Shown piece by piece: positions 1-9,351 of a DNA stretch of 64,000 nt. How positions within the stretch are numbered: the stretch's first letter is position 1; each line of letters starts with the position of its first letter. The DNA is from a virus. Taxonomy: Duplodnaviria > Caudoviricetes. The stretch lies in the IMG/VR virus record IMGVR_UViG_3300009183_004565. One strand, written 5' to 3'. The notes under the pieces are model-generated. The model saw nothing but the letters and a program-made list of their open reading frames with translations, had not been told where the DNA came from and searched no databases. A program made the translations under genes and the position numbers.

Positions 1-48
1 AATTCCATAATTCCCAAGCTAAATAACAAATATACATTTGAGATTGGC

Positions 49-714
49 ATGGCCGCAAACGGAATATCAACATTAGCAACAAAAGAACTAAAGCAAAAGG
101 CTAAACTTGACTTAGCGGCTTCAGACCGAGCCGCTCGCAGCAAGGCTAGATCAACCTATGATCTAAGTCAGCTACCAACTCAATATAACGATAACAGTAT
201 CGTTAACAATCCAAACAGCGGGGGATTAGTTCGAGGACGCCCATGGATTACCACAGTCTCTGCCTTTACATTCTACGAAGCATTTGGAACAACTACAGCA
301 ATATCAACCACACAGTATGTAAGTGGTAACAAGATATACGCTGAATCATCAACATATGATGTTCCTAGTTTTCAACCTGCCAGAGTACTTGTTAATGATA
401 TCGAAGTACTACTTCAGGGAGATAGCCCACTTCCATATGGCCGTGGTCACAACTTGGTAGTGCTAGACTCCAATGGTAATGTTGTTACCGCAGCCACACA
501 GTATGATACTTACATTAGTCCTGCTAATCTAACCACATTAATTTCAGCATTAAATGCAGTAGCAAGCGGAAACATTGTGGTGTTAGTAACGTATGATGCT
601 TCGGCAGTAAGTGCTGGGCTACGTTCAGCAATTAACACAGGTTACGGATCCACTAATGCTAACACATGGGCGGCAGGTAGAAATAGCCACATTTTTATTG
701 GCGTAAAAATTTAA
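49..714 (+). CDS. Hypothetical protein with C-terminal ILEI/PANDER-like domain
   Basis: GRGHNLVVLD...NIVVLVTYDAS...SHIFIGVK pattern resembles ILEI domains; TAAATA at 20-25 upstream. Confidence 0.5.
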   Translation: MAANGISTLATKELKQKAKLDLAASDRAARSKARSTYDLSQLPTQYNDNSIVNNPNSGGLVRGRPWITTVSAFTFYEAFGTTTAISTTQYVSGNKIYAESSTYDVPSFQPARVLVNDIEVLLQGDSPLPYGRGHNLVVLDSNGNVVTAATQYDTYISPANLTTLISALNAVASGNIVVLVTYDASAVSAGLRSAINTGYGSTNANTWAAGRNSHIFIGVKI

Positions 715-817
715 TGTAGTTGGGGCAAATGTTTTTAATCCCAAATTAACCCAAAACAGTTGACAGCATCACAGTAGTCTGCTATATTAGCAAGACTATT
801 CTAAATAAATACTGACT

Positions 818-2458
818 ATGATATTCGGTTACTTAATGATGGCAATTGCCATCTCCATTAGTGCTATTGCCGCTTGGTATTCGGTAGAAGGTCTTACTGC
901 CATATTTGCTGCAGCCGTGGTTCCTGTGATTATCATGGGCGGCGCATTAGAAGCTGGCAAGATCACTGCCACAGTTTGGTTACATAATAACTGGGCTAGA
1001 ATTTCGTGGGCATATAAAACTTATCTTATTCCGGCCATTGTGTTCCTGATGCTGTTAACCAGTATGGGTATCTTTGGCTTCTTAAGCAAAGCACATTCGG
1101 ATCAAAGTCTAGTCAGTGGTGATGCAATGAGTAAAGTTGCCATCTACGATGAACAGATTAAAACCGAAAAAGACAACATAGACGCAAATAAACGAGCATT
1201 GCAACAAATGGATGCACAGGTAGACAGTTTACTTGGTCGTACGGATACCGAACGTGGCGCCGAAAGAGCTGTGCTAGTACGTAAACAGCAGGCCCGAGAA
1301 CGTGCCAGCCTACAAACAGAAATTGTAACTGCACAAAAGAAAATTGCCCGACTACAAGAAGAACGAGCACCTCTAGCAGCCGAGTTTAGAAAGATTGAAG
1401 CCGATGTTGGTCCAGTAAAATACATTGCAGCCTTTGTCTACGGTGACAATCCGGATGCTAATGTATTAGAACGTGCTGTAAGTTGGATCATTATTCTTAT
1501 TGTCGTAGTTTTTGATCCACTGGCCTTGTGTTTAATTCTGGCGTCCAATAAACAATTAGAATGGGCGAGAGAAGATAAAGCTCGCAAGCATGATGAGGAT
1601 CAGGAACCAGGACCAATGGAACGGACAGTTTTTGAGCCAAAGGAATCACGACCTCATGATCCTTATCCTCCATTAACTGAAGAACAGTTAGAACAAATAC
1701 GAGCCATTGCGGCCAATGCTGCTGTGGATCAATTAGAGAAACCTGACCCTGTGGTTGAAGTTATAGAACCCGAAGTGGAACAGTTCTTTGCCAATGCACA
1801 AGCTGTAGCACAGAAAATTGATAGTGGTGAGTATCGTACGGAAGATCTCAACATTCCGGTATTGGAAAATGAAGAGACATGGGCACAACGTGTTATTGAT
1901 GAACACAAAGAACAAGCCGAAGAGCAAGCTGCTGAACAAGCTTCACACGAAGCACTGGTAAAATTATTTCAAGATAATGCACCCAAAGAAGTTGAACAAA
2001 CAGTTGAAGAAACACCACCGGAGCCTGAAAAGCCCGTAGACGAATTTAATACTCCAATACGCCGTGGTGCTGACTATGCTGTTCGCTATCGTGGTAAAGT
2101 GTATAATCTAGATGCATTCAATGCATTGCACCCAAGCCTTGCAATTCAAGCTGATAATGAAACGCTAGAAAATGCCAGCCAATGCGGGTTTGGTGACACC
2201 TTCCCAAATACTCCACTGAAAGGTGATATGTTTATTCGTACAGACTATCTACCTGAGCGTTTGTTTAAGTGGAACGGCGCAAAGTGGATCGAAGTAGATA
2301 AAAACACAACTGATAGTTATACATATAATCAAGCATACATACAGCATCTGATATCTAAATTAGAAGCTGGCGAATACGAAATTGAAGATCTAAGCGATGC
2401 TGAGCAAGCTCAAGTCGAACAACAAATCGAAGATATTTTAAAAAATAAAAATGCATAG
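818..2458 (+). CDS. Membrane-anchored coiled-coil protein, hypothetical
   Basis: Three N-terminal hydrophobic segments, long heptad region, a further TM segment, acidic low-complexity C-half. Confidence 0.6.
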   Translation: MIFGYLMMAIAISISAIAAWYSVEGLTAIFAAAVVPVIIMGGALEAGKITATVWLHNNWARISWAYKTYLIPAIVFLMLLTSMGIFGFLSKAHSDQSLVSGDAMSKVAIYDEQIKTEKDNIDANKRALQQMDAQVDSLLGRTDTERGAERAVLVRKQQARERASLQTEIVTAQKKIARLQEERAPLAAEFRKIEADVGPVKYIAAFVYGDNPDANVLERAVSWIIILIVVVFDPLALCLILASNKQLEWAREDKARKHDEDQEPGPMERTVFEPKESRPHDPYPPLTEEQLEQIRAIAANAAVDQLEKPDPVVEVIEPEVEQFFANAQAVAQKIDSGEYRTEDLNIPVLENEETWAQRVIDEHKEQAEEQAAEQASHEALVKLFQDNAPKEVEQTVEETPPEPEKPVDEFNTPIRRGADYAVRYRGKVYNLDAFNALHPSLAIQADNETLENASQCGFGDTFPNTPLKGDMFIRTDYLPERLFKWNGAKWIEVDKNTTDSYTYNQAYIQHLISKLEAGEYEIEDLSDAEQAQVEQQIEDILKNKNA

Positions 2459-2795
2459 TAATTTAATTACACCACCTGATTTTGTTAAAGATTCTTTACA
2501 CACAGTGACCTTGATAAATCTTACAGAAAACGAAATCGAGCTTGTAGCCAGAATGTGTGCTGCCAGCGACGAAATGTTTAACATTTATGTGTATCGAACA
2601 GAAATGCAAGATCTAACATGGTTAGATCGTGCTGTGGAAATCAGTGATGCTGTAATACTCAATTGTGCTGTGGATTTTGAGTACAATTTTAAAGTGAGTA
2701 ATATGGAAAAAACTCATACATTAGATTTTCCCACGCACACTCAAAATTTAAATCACGTACTAGATTATTTTGAGAATAGAATCACAAAGAAATAA
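2451..2795 (+). CDS. Hypothetical protein
   Basis: 114-aa ORF overlapping upstream stop, operon-like spacing. Confidence 0.6.
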   Translation: MHSNLITPPDFVKDSLHTVTLINLTENEIELVARMCAASDEMFNIYVYRTEMQDLTWLDRAVEISDAVILNCAVDFEYNFKVSNMEKTHTLDFPTHTQNLNHVLDYFENRITKK

Positions 2796-2805
2796 ATATT
2801 TGACT

Positions 2806-3045
2806 ATGGCCTACGAAAAACCAAACAAAGTTATTGGAAATTTAGTTATTGTAACCCAAGACAATGTGGAAAAAGCCCTACGCAAATTCAAAAAGAAAGT
2901 GGCCGAATCCGGACTACTACAAGATCTTCGTGAGCGCGAAACTTACGAAAAACCTACTACCCGCAGAAAAAAAGCCAAAGCCGCTGCACGGCGTCGTTGG
3001 AAGAAAAAGCTGTCCGATGAACAATTGCCAAAAAAATTGTTCTAA
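2806..3045 (+). CDS. rpsU: Ribosomal protein bS21
   Basis: VEKALRKFKKKV..SGLLQDLRERETYEKPT..RKKAKAAARRR signature; ATG 2806 preferred over TTG 2770. Confidence 0.93.
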   Translation: MAYEKPNKVIGNLVIVTQDNVEKALRKFKKKVAESGLLQDLRERETYEKPTTRRKKAKAAARRRWKKKLSDEQLPKKLF

Positions 3046-3070
3046 ATCAAAAAATTTGCTATAATACAGG

Positions 3071-3078
3071 TATAAATA
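3071..3078 (+). promoter_or_regulatory. T4-type late promoter TATAAATA
   Basis: Exact TATAAATA upstream of the dnaK leader; TAAATA recurs before many genes (802, 2793, 7707, 8582, 23501, 38489, 41507, 42747, 45371, 47351). Confidence 0.65.
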
Positions 3079-3084
3079 ATTGTG

Positions 3085-3135
3085 TAGGATGCTTCGGGTC
3101 CTATAAAACTTGCTTATTTTTAAGGAGAAACTATG
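3085..3135 (+). promoter_or_regulatory. ROSE-like RNA thermometer leader of dnaK
   Basis: 5' hairpin TAGGAT-GCTTCGG-GTCCTA, then CTTGCTTA-TTTT-TAAGGAG pairing the SD with a bulged G. Confidence 0.6.
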
Positions 3136-5019
3136 AGTACAATCATTGGTATCGATCTTGGTACCACCAATAGCTGCGTAGCAGTAATCGAAAACGGAAC
3201 CCCAAAAGTAATTGAAAATTCAGAAGGCGCACGTACTACACCTAGTATCGTTGCCTATACTGCTGAAGAGATTATTGTGGGAGCCGGTGCAAAACGTCAA
3301 GCAGTTACCAATCCAAAAAACACAATCTATGCGTCCAAGCGTTTAATAGGGCGTAAATTTACGGAACAGGCAGTTCAAAAAGATATTGATCTCATGCCTT
3401 ACAAGATCATCGAAAGCGCGAACGGCGATGCATGGGTGTCAGTCAACGACACGGAACTAGCACCTCCACAAATCAGTGCCGAAGTGCTTCGCAAAATGAA
3501 GAAGACCGCAGAAGACTATCTGGGTCATGAAGTAACACAGGCTGTAATTACTGTGCCTGCTTACTTCAATGACAGTCAACGACAGGCAACCAAAGATGCC
3601 GGAGCAATTGCTGGACTAGAAGTATTGCGTATTATCAATGAGCCAACTGCAGCAGCATTGGCATACGGAGTCGATAAAAATGAAAAAGCTGATCGCAAGA
3701 TCGCTGTGTACGATCTGGGTGGTGGTACCTTTGATGTTAGCATTATTGACATTGCTAATGTGGACGGTGATAAGCAATTTGAAGTCCTTTCCACCAATGG
3801 TGATACATTCCTAGGCGGTGAAGACTTTGACCAACGCATCATGGATTACTTGATCACTGAGTTTAAGAAAGAGTCAGGCGTTGATCTTGGTCGAGACGTT
3901 ATGGCACTGCAACGTCTAAAAGAAGCTGCAGAACGTACCAAGATTGAATTGAGTAACAGCACACAAACAGATGTGAACTTGCCTTACATCACAGCAGATG
4001 CTACAGGTCCCAAGCACATGAACATCAAGATGACTCGTGCTAAACTGGAAAGCCTAGTTGATGAATTGATTCAGCGCAGTATTGAACCTTGCCGTGTTGC
4101 AATGAAGGACGCAGGTGTCGTAGCCACGGACATCGATGAAGTTATCCTTGTTGGTGGTATGACACGTATGCCACGGGTTCAGGAAGAAGTTGAAAAGTTA
4201 TTTGGACGAGCACCACGTCGTGATGTCAATCCAGATGAAGCAGTAGCGGTTGGTGCAGCAGTACAAGGTGCTGTACTAGGTGGTAGCCGTAAAGACGTTC
4301 TATTACTTGATGTGACCCCACTAAGCCTAGGTATTGAAACCATGGGCGGCGTGATGACGAAACTAATCCAAAAGAATACCACTATTCCTACCAAGCATAG
4401 CCAGGTATTCTCTACAGCCGAAGACAACCAGCCGGCAGTAACTATCAAAGTCTATCAAGGCGAACGCGAACTTGTACAATATAATAAAACATTAGGTGAG
4501 TTTAATCTAGAAGGAATTCAACCTGCTCGACGTGGTGTACCGCAAGTAGAAGTCACGCTGGATGTTGACGCCAATGGTATTCTTAAAGTAAGTGCCAAAG
4601 ATAAAAGTACTGGCAAAGAAAACCGGATTACTATCAAGTCGGACAGTGGTCTAAGCCGAGAGCAGATTGAAGAAATGATTCGCGATGCCGAAGCTAATGC
4701 AGATGCAGACACAAAGCAACGTGAATTGATCGAAGTACGTAACCAAGCAGATGCAGTTGTCCACAAGATTCAAACTGATATGAAAGAAGCGGAAGGCAAG
4801 CTTTCGGAAGATCAGACGAAACAAATAGATGAGGCAATTGCCAACCTCAACAAGGCAATAGCAGAAACAGACAAAGAACTAATTACCACCAAGGTATCTG
4901 AGTTACTTGTTGCTGCGAATATTATTAATGAACTACAACAGCCGCAGACTACAGAAGAACAGCCCGAGCCTAAGGCCGATGACAATGTGGTTGACGCTGA
5001 ATTTAAAGAAACGAAGTAA
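3133..5019 (+). CDS. dnaK: Chaperone DnaK (Hsp70)
   Basis: [36 protein letters not shown] motifs; diderm-type insert; 628 aa. Confidence 0.98.
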   Translation: MSTIIGIDLGTTNSCVAVIENGTPKVIENSEGARTTPSIVAYTAEEIIVGAGAKRQAVTNPKNTIYASKRLIGRKFTEQAVQKDIDLMPYKIIESANGDAWVSVNDTELAPPQISAEVLRKMKKTAEDYLGHEVTQAVITVPAYFNDSQRQATKDAGAIAGLEVLRIINEPTAAALAYGVDKNEKADRKIAVYDLGGGTFDVSIIDIANVDGDKQFEVLSTNGDTFLGGEDFDQRIMDYLITEFKKESGVDLGRDVMALQRLKEAAERTKIELSNSTQTDVNLPYITADATGPKHMNIKMTRAKLESLVDELIQRSIEPCRVAMKDAGVVATDIDEVILVGGMTRMPRVQEEVEKLFGRAPRRDVNPDEAVAVGAAVQGAVLGGSRKDVLLLDVTPLSLGIETMGGVMTKLIQKNTTIPTKHSQVFSTAEDNQPAVTIKVYQGERELVQYNKTLGEFNLEGIQPARRGVPQVEVTLDVDANGILKVSAKDKSTGKENRITIKSDSGLSREQIEEMIRDAEANADADTKQRELIEVRNQADAVVHKIQTDMKEAEGKLSEDQTKQIDEAIANLNKAIAETDKELITTKVSELLVAANIINELQQPQTTEEQPEPKADDNVVDAEFKETK

Positions 5020-5029
5020 AGAATATGCA

Positions 5030-5096
5030 GCCTGGATGCCTTCGGGGTCCAGGCTCATATATGTCATACTTGCTTATATGAAAGGAGAAAATTATG
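5030..5096 (+). promoter_or_regulatory. ROSE-like RNA thermometer leader of hsp20
   Basis: UUCG hairpin GCCTGGATGCC-TTCG-GGGTCCAGGC, then CTTGCTT-ATATGA-AAGGAG with bulged G opposite the SD. Confidence 0.65.
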
Positions 5097-5531
5097 ACAA
5101 CCTATATTACAACTTTTGACCTACCAACTCTAGCTCGCCACGCTGTTGGCTTTGATAGATTGTTTACTACTCTAAATCGAAACTTTGCTAACAGTAAAGT
5201 TAACGATAACTATCCTCCGCACAATATTGTGCAAATTGACGAAACGCATTATGCTATTCAACTAGCAGTTGCTGGCTTTGCCGAGGACGAACTAGAAATT
5301 GAATACAAAGACAATGTTCTAACAGTTAACGGCAATCAGAAACAAAAGGACGAACTCACATATCACTATCGTGGTATTAGTGCTCGCTCATTCACTCGTA
5401 GTTTCCCACTTGCTGATCACATGGAAGTACGTGGTGCTACTGTAGTAAATGGTATTCTTGCAATTAGTATTGAGCATATGATTCCCGAAGAGGAAAAAGC
5501 CAAGAAGATTGCAATTACCTTCACTAAGTAA
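5094..5531 (+). CDS. Small heat shock protein Hsp20 (IbpA-like)
   Basis: GFDRLF, NYPPHNI, LAVAGF, RGISARSFTRSF, NGILAI alpha-crystallin motifs. Confidence 0.95.
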   Translation: MTTYITTFDLPTLARHAVGFDRLFTTLNRNFANSKVNDNYPPHNIVQIDETHYAIQLAVAGFAEDELEIEYKDNVLTVNGNQKQKDELTYHYRGISARSFTRSFPLADHMEVRGATVVNGILAISIEHMIPEEEKAKKIAITFTK

Positions 5532-5583
5532 TATAATGTAGTAGTAGGGGAGATTCCTTTCCCCTACTTAACTTGATGATGAT

Positions 5584-5895
5584 ATGAGCAAAACAGATAT
5601 TATTGTAAAACCAAAAATTCAAACTAAAACAAATATTCAACCTCCTGGGTTGTTTAATGTGATCTATTTAAACGACGATACTACTACAATGGAGTTTGTA
5701 GTTGAATCATTGAAGATAATTTTTCATCACAGTGAAGAAACAGCCGTTGAACTTACTCATAAAATTCATGAAGATGGGTCAACTGTAGTCAGTACATTAC
5801 CTTATGAAATTGCCGAACAAAAAGGTGTAGAAGCCACACTACTTGCTCGTACCAATGGTTTCCCTCTCAACGTTAAACTAGAACCCGCAACCTAA
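5584..5895 (+). CDS. clpS: ATP-dependent Clp protease adaptor ClpS
   Basis: VIYLNDDTTTMEFVV...IHEDG...YEIAEQK...GFPL matches ClpS core. Confidence 0.92.
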   Translation: MSKTDIIVKPKIQTKTNIQPPGLFNVIYLNDDTTTMEFVVESLKIIFHHSEETAVELTHKIHEDGSTVVSTLPYEIAEQKGVEATLLARTNGFPLNVKLEPAT

Positions 5896-6369
5896 ATGAT
5901 ATTCAATAAAGTCAAAGAGCTTAAGGCACAAGGCCTTAAGATTGGTATTACCTTCAGTACCTTTGATATGTTACACGCCGGGCATATTGCTATGTTGTCG
6001 GAAGCAAAGAATCACTGCGATTACTTGATTGCCGGCCTGCAAACAGATCCCACTATAGATCGCCCGGATAGTAAGAATCCTCCGGTACAGAGTATTGTGG
6101 AAAGACAGATCCAACTCAGTGCCACTAGATTTGTGGACGAAATAGTTGTTTATCAAACCGAACAAGACCTTATTGACCTCTTGCTTATATTACCTGTTGA
6201 TGTTAGAATACTAGGTGTAGAATATCAAAACAAAGATTTCACTGGCAAAAAAGAATGTTGGGATCGCGAAATTGAATTGATATTTAACGGACGGGATCAT
6301 AGTTTTAGTAGCAGCAGTCTACGTAAACGTGTAGCAGCAGCCGAATCATTGAAAGCACTAAAGGGATAA
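5896..6369 (+). CDS. Cytidylyltransferase (glycerol-3-phosphate cytidylyltransferase-like)
   Basis: TFDMLHAGH (HxGH) and C-terminal SSSSLR motif. Confidence 0.85.
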   Translation: MIFNKVKELKAQGLKIGITFSTFDMLHAGHIAMLSEAKNHCDYLIAGLQTDPTIDRPDSKNPPVQSIVERQIQLSATRFVDEIVVYQTEQDLIDLLLILPVDVRILGVEYQNKDFTGKKECWDREIELIFNGRDHSFSSSSLRKRVAAAESLKALKG

Positions 6370-6371
6370 CA

Positions 6372-6917
6372 ATGGCAGATATTATGCTCGATATCGAAAC
6401 ACTTAGTACACGACCAGAATCGGTTGTGCTCACATTAGGTGCAGTCAAGTTCGATCCATGGGCCGATGAGGTAGACACAGAGTCTGGATTATATCTCAGA
6501 ATAGATGTTGACGAGCAACTGGCATTGGGTCGCCATGTGCAACAAGAAACAGTTGATTGGTGGGGAACGCAACCTGAAGATGTGCGTGAAGAAGCATTAG
6601 GTGAACACGAACGCACAAGTCTAAACAATAGCGTAGATCAACTCAACAGATTCCTTGTTGGCTCAAACAGTATTTGGTGCCAAGGTCCTGCATTTGATAT
6701 TGTTATTCTAGAAAACTTATATAGACAATTGGGTAGACCCACGCCTTGGCAGTTTTGGCAAATACGTGACAGTCGCACACTGTTTGGAGTACACGGAGAT
6801 CCAAGAGAAAAAGGTCGTACAGGTGCACACAATGCTCTCATTGATTGTTATTATCAGGCCCGAGCTGTACAGCATATATACAAAACAGTAGGAGTGAAGA
6901 AAAAAGAATGGACATAA
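6372..6917 (+). CDS. DEDDh 3'-5' exonuclease/exoribonuclease
   Basis: MLDIETL, QGPAFD, RDSRT, HNALIDC motifs. Confidence 0.8.
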   Translation: MADIMLDIETLSTRPESVVLTLGAVKFDPWADEVDTESGLYLRIDVDEQLALGRHVQQETVDWWGTQPEDVREEALGEHERTSLNNSVDQLNRFLVGSNSIWCQGPAFDIVILENLYRQLGRPTPWQFWQIRDSRTLFGVHGDPREKGRTGAHNALIDCYYQARAVQHIYKTVGVKKKEWT

Positions 6918-7210
6918 TTTTTAGTAGAGAAGCTGCAAATCAGCTGGTGGACAGGTATGTGGTATTAGAATTAGAGCCACATAGTGTAGGTGAGGAAATA
7001 CTAGAAACTTTTTGTGTGGTTCCTGCAGATAAAATTCCTTTAGCAGAAACAGTAATGCTAGATCATTGGAAGAAATTGCACAGCGAGTTTGTTCAAGCAA
7101 ACAAAGAAAAGAATGGTAAATTATGCCAGGACCTGTCCGAACACCTGATGGGAAAATGGGGCAAGGAACTTGACGAATTCTACACAATAGTATGCAGTCG
7201 ATATAACTAG
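6908..7210 (+). CDS. Hypothetical protein
   Basis: ATG 6908 overlapping upstream gene end; in frame with track ORF 6845. Confidence 0.6.
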   Translation: MDIIFSREAANQLVDRYVVLELEPHSVGEEILETFCVVPADKIPLAETVMLDHWKKLHSEFVQANKEKNGKLCQDLSEHLMGKWGKELDEFYTIVCSRYN

Positions 7211-7244
7211 TTATTAAAAAAAGTTTATTCGAATACATATTATT

Positions 7245-7583
7245 ATGAATAAACTTTTGGCAGCTACCCTACTAGCATCCATAGCCGTGGCAGCTACAGC
7301 CACTCCTAGAACAAGACAGATACAGGTAATGTGTGGTAGTTTCGAAGATGTTGAAAAAACCATGGAAAAATATGGCGAAAAAATGGTAATTGCTACACAA
7401 GCTCCCGACGAACAAACTGTTAACATGGTATATGCTAATTTTGAAACAAAAACTACCAGTTGGTTTGTACACGATTTACGCACAGATGAGTATTGTATGA
7501 TGGGGGTAGGTAAAGAAATTTATATACCCGAGGATAGTCCATTAAAAGACGCCCCAATTGGAACAAGAACAAAATACAAATAA
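7245..7583 (+). CDS. Secreted hypothetical protein
   Basis: N-terminal signal peptide MNKLLAATLLASIAVAATA. Confidence 0.6.
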   Translation: MNKLLAATLLASIAVAATATPRTRQIQVMCGSFEDVEKTMEKYGEKMVIATQAPDEQTVNMVYANFETKTTSWFVHDLRTDEYCMMGVGKEIYIPEDSPLKDAPIGTRTKYK

Positions 7584-7606
7584 GCCTGGTTATTCCAGGT
7601 TTTTTT
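7582..7606 (+). terminator. Probable intrinsic terminator
   Basis: AAGCCTGG-TTATT-CCAGGTTT followed by T run. Confidence 0.5.
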
Positions 7607-7628
7607 GTGGCTATAAAAGGAGCATATT

Positions 7629-7706
7629 ATGAGTTGGTTTGCACATAGACCCCCTAAGAATCCCCCAATACCCCCCGCACCGACCCGTCCCCCAACCAGA
7701 ATGTAA
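7629..7706 (+). CDS. Proline-rich micropeptide MSWFAHRPPKNPPIPPAPTRPPTRM
   Basis: AAGGAG SD at 7617-7622, ATG 7629, TAA 7704-7706; not in ORF track. Confidence 0.5.
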   Translation: MSWFAHRPPKNPPIPPAPTRPPTRM

Positions 7707-7770
7707 TAAATACACGGTATTCGATAACTATTGGTTCCATCAATTATAACAACAGAGGAATCGAGAAGAC

Positions 7771-8550
7771 GTGGATCCGTTAACCCTGTTTGCCCTGGCA
7801 AACGGTGCTGTAAAACTTGTCAAAGAAGGTTGTAAGCTTTACAAGGATATCAAAGGAGCGGCCGGGGATATCAAAGATGTCCTCAAGGATCTTGACGACC
7901 AATTCCATACTACATTCAAAGACCGAGCACCTACTACAGCCGAACACAATCAGTACATTCAAGAAAAAAACCGCATCATCAACCTAAACAAACAGGATGG
8001 TGAAACAGCTAGTATGTACACACAGATTGGCGAACAGCTAGGTGTATACTTTGACAATCTTTATAAATGTCACGCAATATTTGAGGAAGAGGAACGCCGT
8101 AGCAAAACTGAAGTTTATCACGGTGAGGATAGCGTAGGTAAACGTGCTTTACAACGTGTACTACTCAAAAAGCAATTGGAAGCCATGGGGGCAGAGTTGC
8201 GTGAGATCATGGTGTATCAAAGTCCACCAGAGCTAGGTGCATTATGGACTGAAGTTCAGGCAATGATGGAAGTAGTTGGCAAAGAACAGGCAGTGGCAAT
8301 TGGTATAGAAATGAGAAGAAATGCCGAAGCTGCTCGTCGCAAACGCAAACACATGAAAAAGATCAAGTACAAAGTATTGTGTTGGAGCATGAGTTCCTTG
8401 GCTGTACTTTATCTGTGTTGGTTAATCTGGGCTGTTGTAGAAATTCGTGTTGCAGAAAAACCCGAACTTGGAAGATGTTTAATACCCAAAGGAACTCCTG
8501 GATATAATTGGTATAATAATTTAAAGTGGGTTGATTGCGATATCAAATAA
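7771..8550 (+). CDS. Hypothetical coiled-coil protein with C-terminal TM segment
   Basis: 259-aa ORF, TAAATA at 7707 upstream. Confidence 0.6.
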   Translation: MDPLTLFALANGAVKLVKEGCKLYKDIKGAAGDIKDVLKDLDDQFHTTFKDRAPTTAEHNQYIQEKNRIINLNKQDGETASMYTQIGEQLGVYFDNLYKCHAIFEEEERRSKTEVYHGEDSVGKRALQRVLLKKQLEAMGAELREIMVYQSPPELGALWTEVQAMMEVVGKEQAVAIGIEMRRNAEAARRKRKHMKKIKYKVLCWSMSSLAVLYLCWLIWAVVEIRVAEKPELGRCLIPKGTPGYNWYNNLKWVDCDIK

Positions 8551-8591
8551 GATAGTGTAAACTAGCAGTTTAGTTTCAGTGTAAATATATA

Positions 8592-9344
8592 ATGTTTAAA
8601 ACTATCTCAGCAATACTTATTCTCGCCACCAGTTGTACCTCCTCAGCAATTGAAATTCAAGCTAAGTCTTGGTTAATAGCCGATGGTGATGGGCATATAC
8701 TCGAACAACAGAGTATTGATGTTGTTCAACCTATTGCTTCTATAACTAAATTAATGACTGCAATGGTATATTTAGATAGCAATGAGAATTTAAAAGAAAA
8801 TGCCAAAACTAAGTTCAGAGGATTAACTGTTAGCAAACACAAACTATTAGAATTGGCAATTGTTCATTCTGACAATCAAGCAGCTGATATGTTGTGTAAA
8901 ATTTATCGTCGAGGATACAAAGCCTGTATTGATGATATGAATCATAAAGCACAGGTGTTAGGCATGTACAATACTGCTTTTTATGACAGCACCGGTCTGG
9001 ATAATCGCAATGTCAGTAATGCCATTGATTTGATTAAACTATTACAAGCAGCTGAACGATATCCCGAAATAGTTAATGCAAGTAACAAAACTATAGTTGA
9101 ACTTTTAAAAAGCAAAAAGAAAAAAACAATAAATCTAAAGTATACCAATACCAATCCTTTAGTGGCCAAATATAATGTAGTAGTTAGTAAAACCGGGTAT
9201 GTACAAGCCAGTGGCGGCTGCTTAGTGATGAGTGTATATATTGACGGTAAAAAAAGATTATTTGTAGTTTTGAATAGTAAAACTACAAGAACAAGAATTC
9301 GAGATATGGAAGTACTTATATTGTCAGAGCTATATAAAACATAA
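8592..9344 (+). CDS. D-alanyl-D-alanine carboxypeptidase/endopeptidase (peptidase S11, PBP5/7-like)
   Basis: Signal peptide; SxxK (ASITKL), SxN (SDN), KTG motifs. Confidence 0.9.
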   Translation: MFKTISAILILATSCTSSAIEIQAKSWLIADGDGHILEQQSIDVVQPIASITKLMTAMVYLDSNENLKENAKTKFRGLTVSKHKLLELAIVHSDNQAADMLCKIYRRGYKACIDDMNHKAQVLGMYNTAFYDSTGLDNRNVSNAIDLIKLLQAAERYPEIVNASNKTIVELLKSKKKKTINLKYTNTNPLVAKYNVVVSKTGYVQASGGCLVMSVYIDGKKRLFVVLNSKTTRTRIRDMEVLILSELYKT

Positions 9345-9351
9345 ACATTAA

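Noticed and set aside
1144-4766. Antisense ORFs within the 818-2458 gene and dnaK (and similar shadows elsewhere)
   Set aside because: Shadow frames of well-supported + strand genes
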